The translations under genes and the position numbers were made by a program. From positions 224,001 to 288,000 of the forward strand of contig JAVYWL010000001.1 in assembly GCA_038727135.1 (NCBI GenBank): 64,000 bases of DNA, in the 5' to 3' direction. The notes under the pieces are model-generated. The model saw only the letters and a list, made by a program, of their open reading frames with translations. It searched no databases and was not told the DNA's origin. Origin of the DNA: Candidatus Bathyarchaeia archaeon (lineage in GTDB: Archaea > Thermoproteota > Bathyarchaeia > Bathyarchaeales > Bathycorpusculaceae). Shown piece after piece: positions 1 through 10,520 of this stretch (positions are counted from its first letter, which is position 1; each line of letters starts with the position of its first letter).

Positions 1-64
1 TAATGCTTTCAAAGAGGGCTATATACTTCATCTCTGTGCTGGTGAATTTTATGCCGCTACTCAT
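1..64 (-). CDS. nusA: NusA-like transcription factor, 5' part (runs off window start)
   Basis: Manual translation from ATG at 64: MSSGIKFTSTEMKYIALFESI; ATGA overlap with the L30e stop; canonical rpo-L30e-nusA order. Not in the ORF track. Confidence 0.9.
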   Translation of the reverse strand, partial: MSSGIKFTSTEMKYIALFESI

Positions 65-402
65 TCGCTTCCTCCTTCAGACTCCTCTGCTTCTTCCACG
101 GGCTTCTCTACTAATCTAAGAATTTCTGAATCACCGGGCTCTCTTATAGTTAACGCTGAGACAAGGAAGGGTTTTCCACAAACAGCAGCTAAATCCGTCG
201 AGGAACCCCTATAGACAATAAGCGGAATGTTTGAAAGCTTGCAGTAATATTCCAGGTCGCTGCGGATTTCAGCTGGACAATTAGAAGCCACAATAATCAT
301 CTTCGCTTTTCCAGTTTTAGCACTTTGAATCGCCGAATTAGAGCCAAAGGAAACCTTGCCGGTCTTAACTGCCGTTGAAATAGCCTTGTCTATGTCTATC
401 AT
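61..402 (-). CDS. rpl30e: 50S ribosomal protein L30e
   Basis: AVKTGKVSFGS...IIVASNCP...LAAVCGKPFLVSALTIREPGDSEIL motifs; directly downstream of rpo1. Confidence 0.97.
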   Translation of the reverse strand: MIDIDKAISTAVKTGKVSFGSNSAIQSAKTGKAKMIIVASNCPAEIRSDLEYYCKLSNIPLIVYRGSSTDLAAVCGKPFLVSALTIREPGDSEILRLVEKPVEEAEESEGGSE

Positions 403-3400
403 TTGTTCTCCCTCTTAAGCTCATAGGTGGACATAAACAGCTCCACAAGCCCAGTGCCAACTGGTATGGACTGCCCCACAATAACGTTTTCAGTTACGCC
501 TTCCAACGGGTCGCTTTCTCCTCTTATGGCAGCCTCAACAATGTTTGGAACGGTAATCTCGAAGGCTGCCCTTGCCAAAACACTTGCCTTTTTGCCGCTA
601 ACACCGTGCCTGCCGATTTGCTGCACTTCTCCAGTGGCGGTCATCATGTCAGCCACAAGCATGACGTGGCGAATGTCAACATCTAAGCCCTGCTCCTCCA
701 AAACGCTCTTAGCCTCTTGTATTAGGACATTTCTTGCTGCTTCGATGCCTAGGGTTTTAGCTATTTCATGAACGTTGTTGGTTGTCGTCCTTGTGGTGTC
801 AACTCCGTAAACTTCCAGGACTTTGGGGAGGTTTGAGCCGTCGGTGCGTATAACCCATTCGCCCTGCTCCTCTGTCACCAGAACACGCCTTATTCCAGGA
901 ACACCCTTAATGTAAAGTGATGAGACCTTGTCAAGCAGCCGCTTTAGGGCTTCTGGCTTTTTGGGTTTTATATGGATGCGGTTTCCAGTTATCTTCACAG
1001 TGCAGTTGGCAATCTTTACCTTCTCCTTAAGTTCTTGTATTGTTACGCCCCTGTCCTCCATCATAGCCTTATTCAACTCGACAACTATTTCTCCGCGCAC
1101 CGGGTCCTGGTATATGGCTTGAGCAATATTCTCTAATGTAGTGTAGAGAATGTTTCTAGCTATTTTGACAGCTGCTTCCCTGCTCTTGCGGTGCTTTTCG
1201 TCTAAGTAAATGACCATTATAGGCGTGGATGGAACTCTTCTGGCGTCAACAATCTCTATAAGCCGCGGCAAGCCCAAGGTCACGTTCTGCTCCCTAACAC
1301 CAGCGTAGTGGAATGTTCTAAGGGTCATTTGGGTTCCAGGCTCGCCTATAGACTGGGCTGAAACTATGCCTACGGCTTCGCCCGGCTCCATTAAGGCGCG
1401 CTTGTAGTGTTCAACTGTTAGCTCTATGGCTTTGTCAACGCCCTCCTTGCTAAGCTTCGCCTCCATTAGGCTTTGCTTTAGCTCGCTTATCAATAGTGGC
1501 GTGAGCTGGTCTTCAACGGCCTTAAGCTTCTCCTTAATGTATTCTGGAGGAGCCGGCTTGCCCTTCTCCATGCCTATTCTTATTTGCTCAACAAGGCGGC
1601 TTACGTTTACAGCCTTTCCATGGTCGCTTTTAGCCGGGTCAACGCCGTCCTCGCCATACTTGAACTGGATTATGTCGCCGGTTGAGCTTCTGACAGTCCC
1701 ATCATATTCTAGGCGTAGATGCTCCAAAGCGTTGATTAGGCGTCTCTGCATGTAACCGCTCTGCTGCGTCCGAACAGCAGTGTCCACAAGCCCTTCACGT
1801 CCACCCATAGCGTGGAAGAAGAACTCTATTGCGTCTAACCCCTTCTGGTATGAGGAGTAAACGAAGCCCCTCGCCTTAGGGGATGGGTCGCCAAACTTGA
1901 AGTGGGGCAGCGTTCTACCCAAATAGCCGCGCATTATACGTTTTCCACGAACGGCTTGTTGTCCAACACAGGCGCTCATCTGCCCAATGTTTAGGCTTGA
2001 GCCTCTGGCGCCTGTCCTCGTCATGACTATGCCAGAATTTTCAAGAGTGAAGTCCTCGTCAGCGATTTTCCCGGACTCGTCTCTGGCTTTGGCAAGCTCG
2101 TTCATGACATAGATTTCAAAGGAGTCTTCAAGAGTTTGTCCGGGAAGCCTTGGCAGCGTGCCGTCGCGGTAGCTCCTTATAAGCTCCTCAATTCTCTTCT
2201 CAACCCTCTCCATTATCCTCTTAATTTTTGCTTCTGCCTGCGGTGAAAGCACCAGCTCGTCGTAGGAGTAGGAGAACCCCCGCATTGTTATGAAAAGCTT
2301 CAGAAGCCTCGTAACTTTGTTTATAAATTCGCGTCCAGCAGCCGTCCCATAATCCTTGATTATTCTGTGGAGGAGGCTTTCAGACTGCTCGGCGCCTATG
2401 GCTTTTCTATCAATCACGCCACATACAAGCTGCCCATTCTTGACAACCACATAGGCGTCGTAGGGGCACTCTTCCTTAAGGCATTTGGCACATCCACGGC
2501 AGGTGTTCGCCTTCAAAACATAGTTCAAATCCTTCGGCAAGAATAGGCTGAAGATTTGTTTGCCGCTCCACATAGGCTGGGGCTCTTTTATTTGGGGTGG
2601 TGGAAGCGGACCCTCATAACCAGCGGCAATCAGAAGACGGCTTACCTCATCTTTTGTTAAGTAGTTTGACTTCCTTGTGAAAAGGTAAGCAGCAGTAATA
2701 AAGTCTCTAATAGCCCCAATTATTGGACCGCCAAAGCGTGGCGAAAGAATTTGGTCTTGAACCTGCATGAGGAGGCGGGCTTCTGTTTGGGCTTCCTCGC
2801 TTTGCGGTATATGAAGGTTCATCTCATCCCCATCGAAGTCCGCATTGTAGGGCGGACAGACGCACAAGTGCAGGCGAAAAGTCTTGTAGGGTAAGACCCG
2901 CACATAATGAGCCATAATGGACATTCTGTGGAGGGACGGTTGACGGTTGAAAATGGCTATGTCACCGTTTCTTAGGTGACGCTCAACAATATAGCCCGGC
3001 TCCAAAGACTCGGCAATCTTCTCCCTGTCAGTGACAAACTCAAGCCTGATCCTTTTGCCGTCCGGACGGATAATATAAAGGGCGCCCGGATACTTAAATG
3101 GACCATTTATGACAAGTTTTCGCATTTCCTCAATGTTCCAAGAGGTCACCTTTTCTGGAACTGAAAGCCTCATGGCAACCTCCAATGGGACGCCAACCTC
3201 GTTTATGTCGAGGTTTGGATCTGGAGAAATCACCGTCCGCGCCGAGAAGTCCACACGCTTCCCGGAGAGGTTGCTTCTGAATCGTCCCTCCTTACCTTTA
3301 AGCCTCTGGGAAAGTGTTTTAAGGGCTCTTCCGGATCGGTGTCTTGCCGGCGGAATGCCAGAAGCCTCATTGTTGAAGTAGGTTGTCACATGATACTGGA

Positions 3401-4220
3401 GAAGCTCTGACAAGTCTTGAATTATGAGGGTGGGGGCGCCAGCCTCCATGTTCTCCTTCAAGCGCTGGTTTATACGGATTATATCCACAAGCTTATGGGT
3501 CAAGTCATCCTCGGAGCGGATGCCAGACTCCAAAGTAATGGAGGGACGCACATAAACTGGTGGAACGGGAAGGACTTGGAGAACCATCCATTCTGGACGG
3601 GCTGTTTTTGGGTCAAAACCCAAAAGCTCCAAATCATCGTTCGGTATGCGCTCAAGCCTCTCCCTAACCATGCTGGGAGTTAAGAGTTGTGAACCACTTC
3701 CAGGGATTTCCTCACTGAACTTTGTAGGTTTTTCGAAGGTTATTTTGTATTGGGGGGCATTACAATGGGGGCAGGTTTTAGCTCTTATCTCTTGGATGAT
3801 TCGCTTAAACACTTCATCTGGAACTGTTCCCAGCAGCTGGCGGGTTCTCTCTATTCTTGCCCTCAACTTTTTAACGGCGTCTTCTGGAAGCAGAATTCGC
3901 CCGCAGTTTCGGCATGTAACCCTAAGAAGGTCATATATTATTTTTGCAAATTCGATGTGGATTATGGGTACGGCGAGTTCTATGTGTCCAAAGTGTCCCG
4001 GACAGCGTATAGCCGTGTTGCCGCATGTTTTGCATCTCTGTCTCGGCTCGAGGGTGCCGAGCCTTCCATCCATAAGCCCAGCGGTTATTGGGGCGCCATC
4101 CTCATCGTAAGTGTCCGGCGTCTGGATTTCAACCACTGAAAGTTTACGTATTTCTTGTGGTGAAAGTAAGCCGAAACGGATTTCGTCAACAACTTTATGG
4201 GCGACTTCCTCAACCGCCAT
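399..4220 (-). CDS. rpo1: DNA-directed RNA polymerase largest subunit Rpo1 (A' and A'' in one chain)
   Basis: Catalytic YNADFDGDEMN, clamp Zn sites, bridge helix and the A''-type SIGEPGTQMTLRTFH all in one 1273-aa ORF. Confidence 0.98.
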   Translation of the reverse strand: MAVEEVAHKVVDEIRFGLLSPQEIRKLSVVEIQTPDTYDEDGAPITAGLMDGRLGTLEPRQRCKTCGNTAIRCPGHFGHIELAVPIIHIEFAKIIYDLLRVTCRNCGRILLPEDAVKKLRARIERTRQLLGTVPDEVFKRIIQEIRAKTCPHCNAPQYKITFEKPTKFSEEIPGSGSQLLTPSMVRERLERIPNDDLELLGFDPKTARPEWMVLQVLPVPPVYVRPSITLESGIRSEDDLTHKLVDIIRINQRLKENMEAGAPTLIIQDLSELLQYHVTTYFNNEASGIPPARHRSGRALKTLSQRLKGKEGRFRSNLSGKRVDFSARTVISPDPNLDINEVGVPLEVAMRLSVPEKVTSWNIEEMRKLVINGPFKYPGALYIIRPDGKRIRLEFVTDREKIAESLEPGYIVERHLRNGDIAIFNRQPSLHRMSIMAHYVRVLPYKTFRLHLCVCPPYNADFDGDEMNLHIPQSEEAQTEARLLMQVQDQILSPRFGGPIIGAIRDFITAAYLFTRKSNYLTKDEVSRLLIAAGYEGPLPPPQIKEPQPMWSGKQIFSLFLPKDLNYVLKANTCRGCAKCLKEECPYDAYVVVKNGQLVCGVIDRKAIGAEQSESLLHRIIKDYGTAAGREFINKVTRLLKLFITMRGFSYSYDELVLSPQAEAKIKRIMERVEKRIEELIRSYRDGTLPRLPGQTLEDSFEIYVMNELAKARDESGKIADEDFTLENSGIVMTRTGARGSSLNIGQMSACVGQQAVRGKRIMRGYLGRTLPHFKFGDPSPKARGFVYSSYQKGLDAIEFFFHAMGGREGLVDTAVRTQQSGYMQRRLINALEHLRLEYDGTVRSSTGDIIQFKYGEDGVDPAKSDHGKAVNVSRLVEQIRIGMEKGKPAPPEYIKEKLKAVEDQLTPLLISELKQSLMEAKLSKEGVDKAIELTVEHYKRALMEPGEAVGIVSAQSIGEPGTQMTLRTFHYAGVREQNVTLGLPRLIEIVDARRVPSTPIMVIYLDEKHRKSREAAVKIARNILYTTLENIAQAIYQDPVRGEIVVELNKAMMEDRGVTIQELKEKVKIANCTVKITGNRIHIKPKKPEALKRLLDKVSSLYIKGVPGIRRVLVTEEQGEWVIRTDGSNLPKVLEVYGVDTTRTTTNNVHEIAKTLGIEAARNVLIQEAKSVLEEQGLDVDIRHVMLVADMMTATGEVQQIGRHGVSGKKASVLARAAFEITVPNIVEAAIRGESDPLEGVTENVIVGQSIPVGTGLVELFMSTYELKRENK

Positions 4221-4221
4221 T

Positions 4222-7200
4222 TTAAGCCCTCTCCTTAAGCTTCAATTTTGGCGCCACACAGAGGCTCATCAATTCTTGGAGGAGAAGCTTAAAAGCGTAA
4301 GAGACTATTACGGGTGAGATTTTCGCCTTGTCCTCGCATATTCTGCAGACATACTTTCTCTGTTTTAGGTCGTAGTAGGCTATGTAGCCGCAGTTCTCAC
4401 AAACATAGAGCGTATATTTGTCGGATTCCTCCAGAAGCCTGTCGCGTAAGAGCATTGCAGCTCCATGTCCAATTAGGCAGTCTCTTTCCATTTCGCCGAA
4501 GCGCAGTCCGCCTCCACGGGCTCTCCCTTCTGTTGGTTGCCTCGTTAACATTTGCACTTGTCCTCTGGCTCTTGCGTGGATTTTGTCTGCAACCATGTGG
4601 TGGAGCTTCTGATAGTAGACTATGCCAACGAAAACGTCTGCCACAAACTTTTCGCCAGTGACGCCATTGTAGAAGACCTCTTTTCCAGTGTGGCTGAAGC
4701 CAAGCTTTATTAGGGCTTTTCTTAGGTCTTCAGCCTTCTCATTTGAGAAGGGTGTTCCGTCGACAGACTTGCCCCGCATGGCTGCAACTTTTCCAGCTAT
4801 GGATTCAATGAACTGCCCAATGGTCATTCTTGACGGGATAGCGTGGGGATTAATTATAATGTCTGGGACTATGCCGTCCTCTGTGAAGGGCATATCCTCC
4901 TGTGGCACAATAAGCCCTATAACGCCTTTCTGTCCGTGGCGGGATGCAAACTTGTCGCCGAGCTCTGGGATTCTCTGGTCTCTAACCCTAACCTTGACGA
5001 GCTTGCTTCCCTCACCTGACTCTGTTATGAAAACAGCGTCTACAATTCCTGTTTCTGATGGGCGCATGTCCACAGAAGTGTCCCGCATTGATGGACCTTT
5101 AACCTCAAACTCTTTGTATTCTTCGAGGAACCTTGGCGGGCTTGTTCTTCCTATAAGAACGTCTCCGCCGGCAACTTGGGCTTCTAGGCTTATTATGCCG
5201 TCGGGCTCCAATAGCCTATAATATTGTTCCCCTCTGAAGCCCCTTATTCCGGGTTCTGGTATGACGAATTTGTCTTTCAGTCCGCCCATGTATTGGCGGC
5301 ACTCAGCCTCATAAATGCGGTAAAATGTGGAGCGCCCCAAGCCCCTTTCAATAGAGGCTTTGTTAAAGATCAGGGCGTCCTCCATGTTGTAGCCTTCATA
5401 GGATAAAACAGCCACAATACAGTTTTGCCCTGATGGGCGGAGTTTATAGCCCATAACCTCCATTAGGGCTGTTTCAACCAATGGTGTCTGTGGATAATGC
5501 AGTATGTGGGACCTTGAATCAACGCGCAACGGGAAGTTTGTGGCGAAAACGCCGAGAGCTTGCTTAGCCATAGCCGCCTGATAAGAGTTGCGGGGTGACT
5601 GGTTGTGCTCCGCATAAGGTATTGTGGAGGCGCAAATCCCGAGAATCGTGTGGGTTGCAATTTCCATGTGGGTGTGCTCTGGGGTTAGTTCTTCGGCGCT
5701 TATAGCAACATAAGCGTTTTCCTCTTCTTCAGCATCCAAATACTCGATTATACCGTTTTTGACGAGGTCTTCCCATGTCCACTCGCCGCGGGTAATCCTT
5801 TCCATGTGTTCTGGCTGAAGTTTTGGAACGCCGTTTTCAACTATTATTAGTGGTCTTCTAACTCTTCCCTCGTCGCAGTTAACGTATATTTCCTCTCTTT
5901 CGCCATACTCCTTTGAGAAGTAGGCGATGTTGACTTCTGTTGAGATTTCTCCCATGCGGCGGCGTTGCCTAAACTCTTGAACAACCTTTTCCGGAGTGGC
6001 GCAATAGCCAACTATTGTCCCGTCCACGAAGACCTTTGCGCCGTAACGCTTCAGCGTCTCATTCGCCTCATAGACCGGCGTGACGCCCATGCTGAACAAT
6101 ATCTGCTTAATCTTCTCCGGGTTAACACCGACAGATATGGAAGCAGACAACGCAAGGTTCTTAACCAGGCCGCAGTTTGAGCCTTCCGGCGTTTCATTTG
6201 GGCATAGGCGTCCCCAATGGGTTGAGTGTAAGTCTCTAGCCTCAAAGTTTGGCTGGCTTCTGCTTAGCGGAGATTGAAGTCTCCTCAAGTGGCTTAGGGT
6301 GGAAAGGTAATTTGTCCTATCGAGAAGCTGTGTTACGCCAACGCGTCCCCTTCCCCAGTTTCCAGTGGCAAGCGCGTGCTGAAGCCTTTCAGTTATTATT
6401 CCGGGGCGAACAGCCGCAGAAACAGTAATTATTGGTCCTTTAACGCCTATCCTTTCAAGCTGGTATTTTATATCTCTTACAAGGTTTCTGAAGGCTACGC
6501 GGAACAAGTCTGCCAACAGTGGTCCAGCAAGCCTCAAACGCTTGTTTTTAAAGTGGTCTTTGTCGTCGGGTTTCCGCCTTCCAAGCTTCAGCTCTATAAC
6601 TCTGCACGCCATCTCACCCAAGAATATGGCCTTGTCACGGCGGCTCTGACTTGTTCTTCCAAGATGGGGCAAGAAGTTTTTGTCTATGGCTGCTTCAGCC
6701 TTCTGAATGCGGTATTCTTCAACTTGCCCGTGGGCTACACGGTTTCCGATATATAATATTGCGTCTCTAACGGTGTCGACGCCGACAGCCTTCTCGAAGG
6801 ATGGTTCCAGCTCGCTTTGAATCTCCTCGTCTAAAGAAACGGCTTCGGCAATCTCCTTGTCAGACTCGAGACCCAAGGCGCGCATGACGATGACGAAGGG
6901 GACTTCTGTTGGCACTCCCGGCATTGTGACGTATAAGGCGCCGTCAGACTTCATTTTCAGCTCTATTCTCGCCCTAAAACCAACGGTCGTAGAGAAAAGC
7001 TTGGCTTGGTAAACTGGTGTCGCGCCTTTCTCGTCTATGTCAACAATTATGCGGTTTGGAGCCAAATCCTCCATAGCCACAATAACACGTTCAGAACCAT
7101 TAACAATAAAGTAGCCGCCGGGGTCGTCTGGGTCTTCTCCGACAGCTATTAGTTCTTCTCGGGAAAGTTGAGACAAGAAGCATAGTTTTGACTTGAGCAT

Positions 7201-7587
7201 TACTGGGATGTTGCCGATGAAAACGAGTTCTGTGTCTTGTTCTCTGCCATCCACAACCGGAGTCATTTCAAGGGCTATTGGCGCTGCATAGGTTAGGTTG
7301 CGGAGTCTAGCCTCTATTGGGTAGATTTCATGTTTTGTACCGTCAACCTCCGTCACATATGGACCGCTAATCCTGGTCTGTGGGTCAATAATCCAGACTT
7401 GTCCAAGCTTGACGGTGTAAGGGCACTCTGGAACCTCTATTGGAATTTCTCCAACTTCGTCTACAACCTCTTGCAAGCCATGGTCTATGAACTCGTTGTA
7501 GGAGTCTAGGTGCTGGCGGACAAGCCCCTTCTCTTTAAAGAAAGCCTTTAACAGTGTGTTAACATCTTCTTTTGAAAGCTTAACCAT
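4222..7587 (-). CDS. rpo2: DNA-directed RNA polymerase subunit Rpo2 (B, unsplit)
   Basis: [22 protein letters not shown] and a C-terminal Zn ribbon; ATG at 7587 preferred over the TTG at 7605. Confidence 0.98.
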   Translation of the reverse strand: MVKLSKEDVNTLLKAFFKEKGLVRQHLDSYNEFIDHGLQEVVDEVGEIPIEVPECPYTVKLGQVWIIDPQTRISGPYVTEVDGTKHEIYPIEARLRNLTYAAPIALEMTPVVDGREQDTELVFIGNIPVMLKSKLCFLSQLSREELIAVGEDPDDPGGYFIVNGSERVIVAMEDLAPNRIIVDIDEKGATPVYQAKLFSTTVGFRARIELKMKSDGALYVTMPGVPTEVPFVIVMRALGLESDKEIAEAVSLDEEIQSELEPSFEKAVGVDTVRDAILYIGNRVAHGQVEEYRIQKAEAAIDKNFLPHLGRTSQSRRDKAIFLGEMACRVIELKLGRRKPDDKDHFKNKRLRLAGPLLADLFRVAFRNLVRDIKYQLERIGVKGPIITVSAAVRPGIITERLQHALATGNWGRGRVGVTQLLDRTNYLSTLSHLRRLQSPLSRSQPNFEARDLHSTHWGRLCPNETPEGSNCGLVKNLALSASISVGVNPEKIKQILFSMGVTPVYEANETLKRYGAKVFVDGTIVGYCATPEKVVQEFRQRRRMGEISTEVNIAYFSKEYGEREEIYVNCDEGRVRRPLIIVENGVPKLQPEHMERITRGEWTWEDLVKNGIIEYLDAEEEENAYVAISAEELTPEHTHMEIATHTILGICASTIPYAEHNQSPRNSYQAAMAKQALGVFATNFPLRVDSRSHILHYPQTPLVETALMEVMGYKLRPSGQNCIVAVLSYEGYNMEDALIFNKASIERGLGRSTFYRIYEAECRQYMGGLKDKFVIPEPGIRGFRGEQYYRLLEPDGIISLEAQVAGGDVLIGRTSPPRFLEEYKEFEVKGPSMRDTSVDMRPSETGIVDAVFITESGEGSKLVKVRVRDQRIPELGDKFASRHGQKGVIGLIVPQEDMPFTEDGIVPDIIINPHAIPSRMTIGQFIESIAGKVAAMRGKSVDGTPFSNEKAEDLRKALIKLGFSHTGKEVFYNGVTGEKFVADVFVGIVYYQKLHHMVADKIHARARGQVQMLTRQPTEGRARGGGLRFGEMERDCLIGHGAAMLLRDRLLEESDKYTLYVCENCGYIAYYDLKQRKYVCRICEDKAKISPVIVSYAFKLLLQELMSLCVAPKLKLKERA

Positions 7588-7877
7588 TAAGGTTAACCCC
7601 AGCAATCCCCACCTTAACTCGACGATGGAGGGATGAATGTGGTGCGGGTTTCCTCAAACTTTTAATTTCCTCCGCTTTTGGGTCATCCAGTTTAAAAAGT
7701 CTCCAATATATTAGAGCTAAACACGTAAAACTGCACAGCTCACTAATAAACTTTTTCGTGGAAAAATTCATCTTCAAGCCCCATCCGCAAAGAAAACCCC
7801 AACAATTATTGGGCATCTCCCAATTATAATAGAAGACTAGCCCCTTCTAGCTTTCAAGTTTCGAAAAAGAGTCGGTA

Positions 7878-7886
7878 AGCTTAAAT
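7878..7886 (+). promoter_or_regulatory. Probable TATA box of tRNA-Leu
   Basis: AGCTTAAAT about 30 nt upstream of the mature tRNA 5' end. Confidence 0.55.
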
Positions 7887-7913
7887 CCCATTATCCATTC
7901 TTTGAAAAGATGG

Positions 7914-8035
7914 GCGGCGGTAGCCAAGCCAGGTCAAAGGCGGAGGACTCAAGGTCGGTGTTTAGAAAGGCTAAACCCCTATGAGCCATCCTCTCCCGTA
8001 GGGGTTCGCCGGTTCAAATCCGGCCCGCCGCACCA
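7914..8035 (+). tRNA. tRNA-Leu(CAA) with a 34-nt intron (7954-7987) at position 37/38; CCA encoded
   Basis: Acceptor GCGGCGG/CCGCCGC, anticodon stem GAGGA/TCCTC, anticodon CAA at 7950-7952, long variable arm, T loop GTTCAAATC; bulge-helix-bulge with central helix CTCA/TGAG. Confidence 0.96.
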
Positions 8036-8137
8036 CCGCTTTTAAAATCCAAGTCCATTTTATCAAAATGAATAGGAAATGAAACATGTGATTTTGAAGC
8101 GCGAATTTACCTTTCTATTGGGCGCACACAATTCTTC

Positions 8138-9169
8138 TTATTGTGTAATTACTACCCTAATGGGGTTTCCCAATCTCTTCTCTAGAATTTCCATTCCATA
8201 ATTTACTTCCTCAAGGGACACCCTATGTGTTATGGATTCTGAAAGTGTTATCTTTCCAGTGCTAACAAGTTTGATAAGTTGAGTCATTTCTGATTTTAAA
8301 TGATCATTGACGCCGATCAATTCCATTTCTTTGCCGATCAGCTTTTTGTAGGGGGAAATTGTTATGTTCTCTGGACATACCCCAACCACTACCATCCTAC
8401 CGCCTTTTCCAACACACTCAATGGCTTCTTCAATTGTTGTTCTTAAACCTATAAACTCGAACACAGCATCGGCAAGCCGCCCGTTGGTTATCTCCTTTAT
8501 TCTGTCTACCACTTTAACTTCCGAGGCGTTGACTATTTCGTCCGCTCCGAGTTTTTTGGCCATTTTTAGCTTTTCATCGGAAATATCGACGGCAATAACT
8601 TTGCCAGCCCCAAAAATCTTGGCAGCCAACTGAAGGGCTTGCATTCCGACTCCTCCAACACCGTAAATTACAACAGTTTCTCCAACACTTACTTTTCCCC
8701 TTTTAAGTGCGTGAAATGCTGTTGAAACAGCGCATCCCATTATCGCGCCTTGTTCAAACGGAATAGCCTCTGGCAACTTCAAAACGTTTCTATATGGAAC
8801 CTTTATGTACTCAGCAAATCCGCCATCGACATCTTTTCCTATCATTTGATATTTTTCACATAAGTTTTCTCTGCCGTTAACGCATGCTGGACAATCTCCA
8901 CAACTCAAAATGTAGTGAATAGATACACGGTCTCCTATTTTAATATCTTCTACGCGACTTCCAACCTCTACTATCTCGCCAGCTATTTCATGTCCAAGAG
9001 TTATCGGCAATTTAGCAACAGGAGCTATGCCATATTTATAATTGATGTCCGAGTGACATATGCCGCTGGCTTTTATGGCTACTAAAACATCATATTGTCC
9101 AACCTTTGGCACTTCAACATAGTCTATTCTTAACTTTTCACCTATTTTATGTAGTCTTGCCGCTTTCAT
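8138..9169 (-). CDS. Zn-dependent alcohol dehydrogenase (MDR family)
   Basis: GICHSD, GHE, structural Zn CGDCPAC..C and Rossmann GVGGVG; ATG 9169 follows a GGAGGG RBS (track start 9181). Confidence 0.93.
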   Translation of the reverse strand: MKAARLHKIGEKLRIDYVEVPKVGQYDVLVAIKASGICHSDINYKYGIAPVAKLPITLGHEIAGEIVEVGSRVEDIKIGDRVSIHYILSCGDCPACVNGRENLCEKYQMIGKDVDGGFAEYIKVPYRNVLKLPEAIPFEQGAIMGCAVSTAFHALKRGKVSVGETVVIYGVGGVGMQALQLAAKIFGAGKVIAVDISDEKLKMAKKLGADEIVNASEVKVVDRIKEITNGRLADAVFEFIGLRTTIEEAIECVGKGGRMVVVGVCPENITISPYKKLIGKEMELIGVNDHLKSEMTQLIKLVSTGKITLSESITHRVSLEEVNYGMEILEKRLGNPIRVVITQ

Positions 9170-9253
9170 TTTCCCCTCCATTTTAAACCCACAGCCTCAA
9201 GATTTTTCCATCTTATATATCAATCTTCGGTTTGCACACATCTATTTGAAACC

Positions 9254-10423
9254 TTAAACTTTGCATTTGAAAATACTTGTTAAAAGTTCGCCATGCCATA
9301 TTTTACGCTCATACATCACCGCCACCTCGGCACTTTCAGCGGTTTCCCTAAACCTATTTGACGCAGCTGTTATTAAGACGAGGGTTGCTCCAGGAAATTT
9401 TGTTTTTAACGTTTTTAGGAAGTTTTCATATAGTTTTCTTACGCCTTCTCTTGGGTTTGCCCTTAACCCGTAGGGTGGATTTACAACTATGAAGTCGAGT
9501 CCCGCTTTTGGGTAGTCTTGGGGTTTTGTTGCGTCTCCAATTTTGAAGTTTATTGCTTCATGTACGCCGGCTTTTCTAGCGTTTTCAATCCCGCCTAGCA
9601 AGTGTTTGGCGAACTTTTCCATAGCGTAAATTGTACACGGAGCTTCCTCTTTTTGTTGTGCAAGCGTTTCAGCCCTTATTTTTTCGAAGGTTTCTTGACT
9701 GCAAATTTTGAGTTTTAGGAAGGCGAAGTCTCTTTGCAGATGATTTGGCGGAACGCCTTTGGCTTCTAACGCAGCTTCAATGGGGATAGTGGCGCCTCCG
9801 CACATGGGGTCTATTAGGGATTTATCCGGTGTCCAGCCGCCTATCCTGAGCATGGCTGAGGCTATTGTTGGTTTTAGGGCTGCTGGGTGGCTGTAAACGC
9901 GGTAGCCACGCTTGTGGAGGGAAGCGCCTGTAGTGTTTACTCCCATAATGAAGTCGTTGTTTCTTACTAGGCAGTATATCTCAACATCAGGCTCGTCCAA
10001 GTTCACTTTTAATCTCTTGCCCGTTGCGTTGGCGAAGGAGTCTATTACAGCTTGTCCGGCAACGCGGGAGACGTCCATGCTTGTGAAGTTGTGCACGCCG
10101 ATTCTTTCGCTTCTTATGGCGAAGGTCTGCTGCTCGTCCAATATCCAAGTGTAGTCTAAACTTTTGGCTAGCCGGTATATGTCGTCTAGGCTTTCGAAGG
10201 CTGACCTGCAAAGCTCAATAAAGACCTTGTTGATAGTTGAAGCTTTCAGGTTTAGGAGGTAAACGTCTTCTAGGCTTCCTTTGAAGGCGATTCTTCCAAC
10301 ATCTTGTTCGGCTTTAACCCCTATTAGGTTTTCAACCTCTTTTGAGGCTACATCTTCCAGTCCTATGACTGTTGTTGCGAAAAATCTGAGCTTCCCCATC
10401 CCCATTGAATAAGTGAAGTTCAC
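9254..10423 (-). CDS. THUMP-domain RNA methyltransferase (Trm14/RlmL-like, probable tRNA m2G6)
   Basis: THUMP region, SLHKRGYRVY.HPAALK, DPMCGGATI and NPPYG motifs; exact start uncertain. Confidence 0.88.
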   Translation of the reverse strand: MNFTYSMGMGKLRFFATTVIGLEDVASKEVENLIGVKAEQDVGRIAFKGSLEDVYLLNLKASTINKVFIELCRSAFESLDDIYRLAKSLDYTWILDEQQTFAIRSERIGVHNFTSMDVSRVAGQAVIDSFANATGKRLKVNLDEPDVEIYCLVRNNDFIMGVNTTGASLHKRGYRVYSHPAALKPTIASAMLRIGGWTPDKSLIDPMCGGATIPIEAALEAKGVPPNHLQRDFAFLKLKICSQETFEKIRAETLAQQKEEAPCTIYAMEKFAKHLLGGIENARKAGVHEAINFKIGDATKPQDYPKAGLDFIVVNPPYGLRANPREGVRKLYENFLKTLKTKFPGATLVLITAASNRFRETAESAEVAVMYERKIWHGELLTSIFKCKV

Positions 10424-10520
10424 AATGTTTTAACGATTGCTATGGTTTGTTGTAAAGAGCGTGACAGGGCATAAAGGCATATATTCCACAGTGTGCTTTT
10501 GAAGATGCTTAAAGGCGAAG

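Noticed and set aside
427-7816. Many short antisense and alternate-frame ORFs over rpo1 and rpo2, including 7580..7816
   Set aside because: Shadow ORFs of conserved genes; 7580..7816 has no Rpo5 motifs. The same applies to most nested ORFs elsewhere in the track.
8036-9250. Possible integrated element at the tRNA-Leu 3' end (the ADH gene looks more AT-rich)
   Set aside because: No integrase and no repeated tRNA 3' end seen in the window.
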